From NCBI GenBank assembly GCA_951406725.2, contig OX597828.1:22506001-22570000 (forward strand): a stretch of 64,000 nt of DNA, in the 5' to 3' direction. Source of the DNA: Octopus vulgaris (taxonomy: Eukaryota). Below the pieces are notes generated by a model. It saw only the letters and a list, made by a program, of their open reading frames with translations, made no database searches and was not told where the DNA came from. The position numbers were made by a program, and so were the translations under genes. Below are positions 56,713-64,000 of this stretch, one piece after another; position 1 is the stretch's first letter, and every line of letters begins with the position of its first letter.

Positions 56713-57072
56713 CTAGCACTATGACCCGTCAATGCCAGGTCATAGTGCAAGTGCATGCATATACAGCTGCGTGTGTGCACACATACCCGTGAGTACTCTC
56801 AAAATCTCTGACCAATCACATACAGCTAGCTGGCATTCAATTGGCATATCAAGTTTCGGACATTTTGATTGGGTTTTCGATAGAAAATTCACAAAAAAGT
56901 CACTTCTATTGATTTTTTAATGGTTTTACGGGGTGACTGGTGAAATGTAAAGATGTGCACTACTACCCTTGGATTGTTTTAAATGACCATAGAAAGTGCG
57001 AGCCCTCTAATTGGATAATTGTGGATTTGTATAAAGGACACACACGCAGACATTTTGCAGTTTATATATATA
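56713..57072 (-). mobile_element. Small non-autonomous Helitron-like element
   Basis: The minus strand starts in a TATATATAAA run and ends in a hairpin (GCACTATGACC/GGTCATAGTGC, 56716-56748) and CTAG followed by T; no TSD. Confidence 0.65.
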
Positions 57073-57245
57073 TATTATAATAAGAGGTAAATGTATGTGT
57101 ATTTTTTCAATATGTACAAATAACAGTTACCGGAATAGAAAAATTCACATAAGTGCCAAGAATATTACAAACTACTTATAAAGGTAGTAGTTCAAGGGTT
57201 TAGTGAAATGTTTAAATATGACATAGATAAATTGAGAAATGGAGT

Positions 57246-57308
<63 letters not shown>

Positions 57309-57331
57309 TCGCACACACATACACATGTATA

Positions 57332-57738
57332 TAGGTGCAGGAGAGGCTGTGTGGTAACTAGCTTGCTTACCAACCACATTGTTCATTCCCACTGCGTGGC
57401 ACCTTGGGCTTATGGCTTCTACTATAGCCTAGGGCCGACCAAATCCTTCTGAGTGGATTTGGTAGAAGGAAACTGAAAGAAGCCCGTCGTGTATATGTAT
57501 ATCTATATATATATATATGTATGTATATGTTTATGTCCCCCCCCCCCCCACAGTTGCTTGACAACAGATGGTGGTGTGTTTACCTCCACGTAATTAGCGG
57601 TTCAGCAAAAGAGACCGATAGAATAAGTACTTGGTTTACGAAAAAAAACAAAGTCCTGGGGTCGATTTCCTCGACAACAGGTGGTGCTCCAGTATGGCCA
57701 CACTCATATGACTGAAACAAGTAAAAGAGTAAAGAGTA
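57332..57738 (+). mobile_element. Family B SINE
   Basis: Colinear with 16458-16856. Confidence 0.85.
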
Positions 57739-57863
57739 CAGCAATATTTTCCTAAGCATTAGCTGGTCACGGGTAACCTATGTTCCAATAAATTGTGAAT
57801 TCTGGCGGTCATAGGATTACAGAAGTGTGAGTCATATATATATATATATATTATATATATATA

Positions 57864-58039
<176 letters not shown>

Positions 58040-58697
58040 ATTATATATATATATATATATAATATATAATTATATATAATATATATATATATTTATATTC
58101 ATATATATATATCTATATATTCATACGCATATTTGCTTACACACACACATATATATATATATTTAGTTATATAAATACACGCACACACTCATATTTATAT
58201 GTATGTATATACATACATATATACATAGATACACACACACGTATATATATATATATACAGATATATACATGCATGTATCTATGTTTATTTGTGCGCAAGT
58301 GTGCATTCATATATGTCTGGATATATGTACTTCTTGAAAAGCATAATTCGTGAAAACACAATCCATGAAATTGCTGCTGTGTTATAACGTCAAAAGCAGA
58401 GGAAAAAGATCATTATTCCACTTATAGTTTACGGTCTTTATAAATTCTCTACCTTTATGTCATTTAAAGCGTTTCCTGTTTTTCACCGTGGCTTCTGTTC
58501 TGTAACATCTGATAGTATTTTATGAATGACACTCGGTGCATTTGACGCAAAGCTGAAGACCAAAATGCCGGCCGTAGCACTGATGATGTATAAAATCATA
58601 TGATGGAATGGATTGTACAAATATAAAATAGATTCGTGCACGCACGGACGCTAAGGGGCACAGATGTCACAATCAGTCTCAAGATAAAGATATACAT

Positions 58698-58730
<33 letters not shown>

Positions 58731-58941
58731 TATGTCCGACTACCTAGCAGTCCAGCCCTGCCAATATACACATATATATATATATATATATATATCCGTA
58801 AATATTAGAGAGTCAACTTTGAATATGTTAACTCTAGTGCTAGAAATAGGTCCGATCGGTAAAAGTCGCCGACGATAAATCCACATAGGAATAGCACCAC
58901 AATCAACGCTATGAAATTAAATTACTACTAAATAATGGATT

Positions 58942-59018
58942 AATGTTGTACAATTGTTTCTTCATTAACAAAATGCAGATTATACTTACATAATTGTCTA
59001 TGATTCATCAGCAACATT
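58942..59018 (-). ncRNA. Mirror hammerhead ribozyme motif (left arm)
   Basis: Exact reverse complement of 59066-59142. Confidence 0.8.
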
Positions 59019-59065
59019 TGTCAATATAATTGTCGCTTGTAAGGGTCTGATCAATTATATTGACA

Positions 59066-59142
59066 AATGTTGCTGATGAATCATAGACAATTATGTAAGT
59101 ATAATCTGCATTTTGTTAATGAAGAAACAATTGTACAACATT
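59066..59142 (+). ncRNA. Type I hammerhead ribozyme motif (right arm)
   Basis: AATGTTG-CTGATGA-[A-TCAT-AGACAA...TTGTTA-ATGA-A]-GAAA-CAATTG-TA-CAACATT: 7-bp stem I, canonical core, palindromic ACAATTGT stem III, GUA triplet (cut after 59135). The stem II closing pair is an A.A mismatch. Confidence 0.8.
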
Positions 59143-59386
59143 AATCCATTATTTAGTAGTAATTTAATTTCATAGCGTTGATTGTGGTGCTATTCCTATG
59201 TGGATTTATCGTCGGCGACTTTTACCGATCGGACCTATTTCTAGCACTAGAGTTAACATATTCAAAGTTGACTCTCTAATATTTACGGATAAATATGAAT
59301 TTGTGTCCCCGGTTTTTTGTGCTAGGTCGCTTGGTGTTAAAATAAGGGTATTATTGAATTAATATCTATAATTTTATTCACCCTCA

Positions 59387-59434
<48 letters not shown>

Positions 59435-59537
59435 GGCCGACTACCTAGCAGTCCAGCCCTGCCAATATACACACATATATATATATATATATATATATGG
59501 GAGGGGGTGTATGTGTATGTTTATATATAACATATAT

Positions 59538-62060
59538 AGTAACATCCTTATGATGGGAGATTTTAATCTTCTCTCTGTTGATTGGTTTACAAACAATTTG
59601 AAACCAGGCGCTCCCACCTGAATCTCTGACAAAGAAGCAGTAGAATCACTTCTCGTTTCTATGAATTAGTGTTTCCTGTACTAAGATTTAAGAACATTCT
59701 AGATTTAGTGTTTAGTGACCACACTATCACTCTACATAATCTTACAGTGGAAAAAGACCTTACTTTCAGATCATGACATGGTTCTCTGTAACCTAAACGT
59801 CCACCAGCCGAAAGCTCATCCTATTGACCGCACTGTAGCCAACCCATTTGATAATATGGATCTCTATAATGCCAACTGAGATGCAATCATGATCAAGCTT
59901 TCAGATGTTGACTGGTCTTTCACATATTCACACACCATACCCAGCATGAAGACATCTTGGCAGAACTTTGAAAACACTGTTAAAAATGTATGTGCAAAAC
60001 ACACCCCACCAAGACCTGTGAACAAAGTGCAGATTTCTCCAAAATGGAAAAAACTATTATCAGAAAAATAAAAACAATGAACAAGGAAATCAACAAACTA
60101 AAATACTACCAACAGCCACAAATATATTCGATGGCTCTCTCCCTGCACGAATCAAAATTATATAACCTCCAACAATACATGAAGACCGTCATCAATAACC
60201 AAAGAACAACTGAGAAGAAATGTGCCATTGAGAAAAATCAAATTCATTCCTGAAGTGTTCTCTTTTGAAAAGAAACACAAGTTCACTGTCTCCACTGTTG
60301 GCCCTCAAATTGATGAAAATGGCACTTTCCTAGATAATGCCAAAACTATGAATGGGATACTGCAGAAACAATACTGTTCTGTTTTCATCAATCTTGATAT
60401 GGCCGATCTGGGCTGTATAAGTACCATTAATCCCCAACACACTATATCTGACGTAAAGTTTGGCGCCACTGGCGTCTTAGCGTCAATAAACGAAATTAAA
60501 CACAATTCAGCAATAGGCCCTGATAGGTTCCCTCCTTGTATCCTGAAGGTTTGTCGACACCAACTTGCATCTCCTCTTGTTGTAATCTGGGGAGGAACTC
60601 ACTGGATGCTGACTATATTCCTGAAAACTTTCTGCCCCATTCTGTTGTCCTAGTTTTCAAAAAGGGAAACAAGTCCCTTACAGTGTACTACTATCCGATC
60701 TTGGTCACCTCCAATATCATGAAGGTATTTGAAGAGGGTGGTGACATTACTAATAACTCACTTTCTTGAAAGCAACAAATGCTGAATCCCAACCAACATG
60801 GGTTCCGTAACTGAAGTAAATGCCTAATGCAGCTTCTGCATCACTTTGATGACCTTTTGGGAGCTTTGAGAGAGGGCTCCAACACCGATGTCATCTACCA
60901 TGATTCCAGTAAGGCTTTTCACAGGGTTGATCATAAGATTCTCTTGAAAGAAAAACTATCGAACACTAGTGTCTCTGGAAAGTTACTAGAATGGATCAAG
61001 CGTTTCCTGACAGACATTGTAGCTGAAGGAATGAAATCAAGACCAGCCAAATTCAGTACTGGTGTTCCACAAGGCACTATTTTGGCCCCATTTCTTTTCA
61101 TCATCTACACTAATGACATTACTGACATCACCAAGCATGGCAACATAAGAATCTTTGCAGTAGATTCCAAGATCCAGAAGGTCGTCAAGGAAGTAGGTGA
61201 CCGGACATGTCTTCAGCCAAACCTACTGGCTGTCATCCAATGGGCGGAAAGGAACAATATGCTGCTGAAGGACAAATTTGAGTTGATCCGCTCTAAAAAA
61301 GAGGATATCCTGAAAGCCCCATACTCCCTTCTGTCAGGTGAAGCACTCATGGTATGAAACAACATCAGAGACTTGGGAGTATTTGAGGACAAAAACGTAA
61401 GCTGGGCCGTTCATATAAACAACAAAGTTGACATGGCCCGCAGAATGTCTCCCTGGATTCTCAAAACTTTCCAGTCGAGAGATATCCATGCCATTACCCT
61501 TCTCTTCTCCACTTTTGCCCGGCTCAACATTTTATACTGTTCTCCACTCTAGTCTCCCAACACGAAACAGAGTATCATGAAAGTTGAAGCACACATATGG
61601 TCAATTGCCAAAAAGATAGATAGCATGTCAGGCCTTGACTATTGGGGGTCGACTTGAAAAGCTCAAGCCTTATTCTCTCCAACGTCGCCGTGAGCGCTAC
61701 ATCAACTGCATGATGGGGAAAATATTCACTTTTTAAGTTACATCCAAAGCCCGGGCCGCGTGATATCCACCCACTACATAAATCACACTCGCATCTCATA
61801 ACAATAATACGGCACACTTATTTCACCTCAGTTGGCCCCGCTCTCTTTAACATTACACCAAAACACATTAAAGCAGGAACAGATCCCATAAAGTTCAAGA
61901 AGTCTTTGGACAAATTCCTTCAAAAAATCCCAGATAAACCTCCTACACCCGGCTATGTCTCCGTAAACAATAACCCTCTACTTGAGTGGGCCTTATTGTC
62001 CAAATGCTGATTTAATAGCACCACTTCGCCAAGTGGTGCTATTAAGTTCAAACTATTGTG
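59538..62060 (+). mobile_element. Decayed CR1-group LINE ORF2 (endonuclease and RT) with many stops and frameshifts
   Basis: ILMMGDFNL, NILDLVF, SDHDMV, GPDRFPPCILK, PNQHGFR, DVIYHDSSKAFHRVDH, GVPQGTILAPFLFIIYTND, IFAVDSKI, RDLGV. Confidence 0.9.
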
Positions 62061-62325
62061 TCAAACGGATACAATCCGAGGACAAAAGAAAGAAAAGGAA
62101 GCCGAAACTACACGGTACAGAACTATTACACGGTGGGAAGCAGAGAAAACAGCAGCTATTATATACCAGTCAATTTGACTAATGAATGTGCTCGAAGACA
62201 CAGGAAAAACTAAGACTGAAGCTGAATCTTCCATGTAATCCTTAGCGTTTTACTTATAACTTTGAATTTTTGCAGGGCTCAAGCATATTTCCCATTTCAT
62301 AATAAACTTTGACTCTTTTACCATT

Positions 62326-62717
62326 GGCGTAGGAGTGGCTCTGTGGTAAGTAGCTTGCTTACTAACCGCATGGTTTCGGGTTCAGTCCCCCTGGCACCTT
62401 GGGCAAGTGTCTTCTGCTATAGCCTCGGGCCGACCAAAGCTTTATGAATACATTTGACAGACGAAAACTGAAAGAAGCCCATCGTATATATGTATATATA
62501 TTTGTGTGTGTGTATGTGTTTTTGTGCTTGTCCTCCAACATAGCTTGAGAACCGATGGTGGTGTGTTTACGTCTCTGTAACTTAGCGGTTCGGGAAAAGA
62601 GACCGATAGAATAAGTACTAGGCTTGCAAAGAATAAGTCCTGGGGTCGATTTACTCGACTAAAGTCGGTGCTCCAGCATGGTCACAGTCAAAGGACTGAA
62701 ACAAGTAAAGGAGTAAA
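62326..62717 (+). mobile_element. Family B SINE
   Basis: Colinear with the other family B copies. Confidence 0.88.
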
Positions 62718-63121
62718 ATTGTTACCTATGAACTTTTTACAGAGCTCAAGCATATTTCACAATAAGCTTGGACATTTTTACTTAGAAATTCTTCATACCT
62801 ATTTTCCACCGGTTTAGTTATGTATCAGAATAGCTTTCACACTTCTTTAGCTCGGAAGAAGTTTTCTCTGGTCCTCTTATTACAAAATTCTTGCTTCTCA
62901 TGAGTAGCATACAGAACGGTAGACATAATACCAGAGAAGAGCTTTCAATTAACAGTGACAATTTATTCTTCAGCTAAATAAGATTATACAGCGAACCAGA
63001 TTAATACATCACGAAGAATTCATTCATAATTGGCTTTTCAACTCAGTCGAACCTGGTTGCAAATAATGCAACATAACTTCTTGAAAACAAACTCCCCCCT
63101 CGCTGCTCGTCTGTCTGTGTC

Positions 63122-63520
<399 letters not shown>

Positions 63521-63807
63521 TTTTGTTATTTTAATCTAAAATATGCTACTCTTCTGTTATTCTGTTCTTTGTTCTCTTCCTTCTTCAGACAATTCTGTTA
63601 AACCATGGAGACTTCGAATGATTGTTCTGAGAATACTACTAAACAATCAAGCCCTGAGACTGCACTAATATAACTAATCGTACCCAACACAACACCTACT
63701 GAATAATCATATTGATGGCCCCATAATTGCTAGACATATCAGCTAAGGTTTCCTCACTTTCAACACTATTAAATATGTATTTACGTGTTTTTTATTGCCT
63801 AGAAGGA

Positions 63808-64000
63808 GCTAAACACAGAGGGGACAAACAAGGACAGACAAAGGGATTAAGTCGATTATATCGATCCCAGCGCTTAACTGTTACTTATTTGATCGACCCC
63901 GAAAGGAATTTGAACTGAGACAGTAACGGCAGACGAAATACCTATTTCTTTACTACCCACAAGGGGCTAAACACAGAGAGGACAAACAAGGACAGACAAA
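63808..64000 (-). mobile_element. Family A SINE (runs off the window end)
   Basis: Reverse complement of the family A duplicated body. Confidence 0.85.

Larger units (their letters stand above)
58793..59291. repeat. Perfect inverted repeat: 240-bp arms (58793-59032 / 59052-59291), 19-nt loop
   Basis: The arms read as exact reverse complements; loop TCGCTTGTAAGGGTCTGAT. Confidence 0.95.

Overview
AT-rich, repeat-dominated eukaryotic DNA. The SINE families and microsatellite density suggest a cephalopod (Octopus-like) genome, which is an inference. I recognise no host protein-coding gene, and nearly all listed ORFs are microsatellite translation artefacts. Supported content: (1) a near-full-length, young but mutated Tx1/L1-clade non-LTR retrotransposon (26461-32329, minus) sitting exactly inside a (GATA)n tract; (2) decayed RTE, CR1-type and two R4/Dong-type LINE fragments; (3) a mariner relic, a pogo-like deletion derivative with TIRs and TA TSD, and a small Helitron; (4) many tRNA-derived SINEs of at least three families, some nested with clean TSDs; (5) at least three unrelated fold-back elements in AT-rich microsatellites, each carrying a minimal hammerhead ribozyme (HHR) motif of the type known from Penelope-like elements (PLEs). 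One of these is a perfect 240-bp hairpin with twin HHRs. Another is a chimera of a tRNA-derived Pol III head and an HHR-bearing tail, a candidate Penelope-mobilised, ribozyme-carrying SINE. Weak signals suggest a minus-strand promoter/first exon near 63 kb and a spliced exon at 21.0-21.2 kb. All coordinates and folds were read by eye, so SINE and microsatellite edges are approximate.
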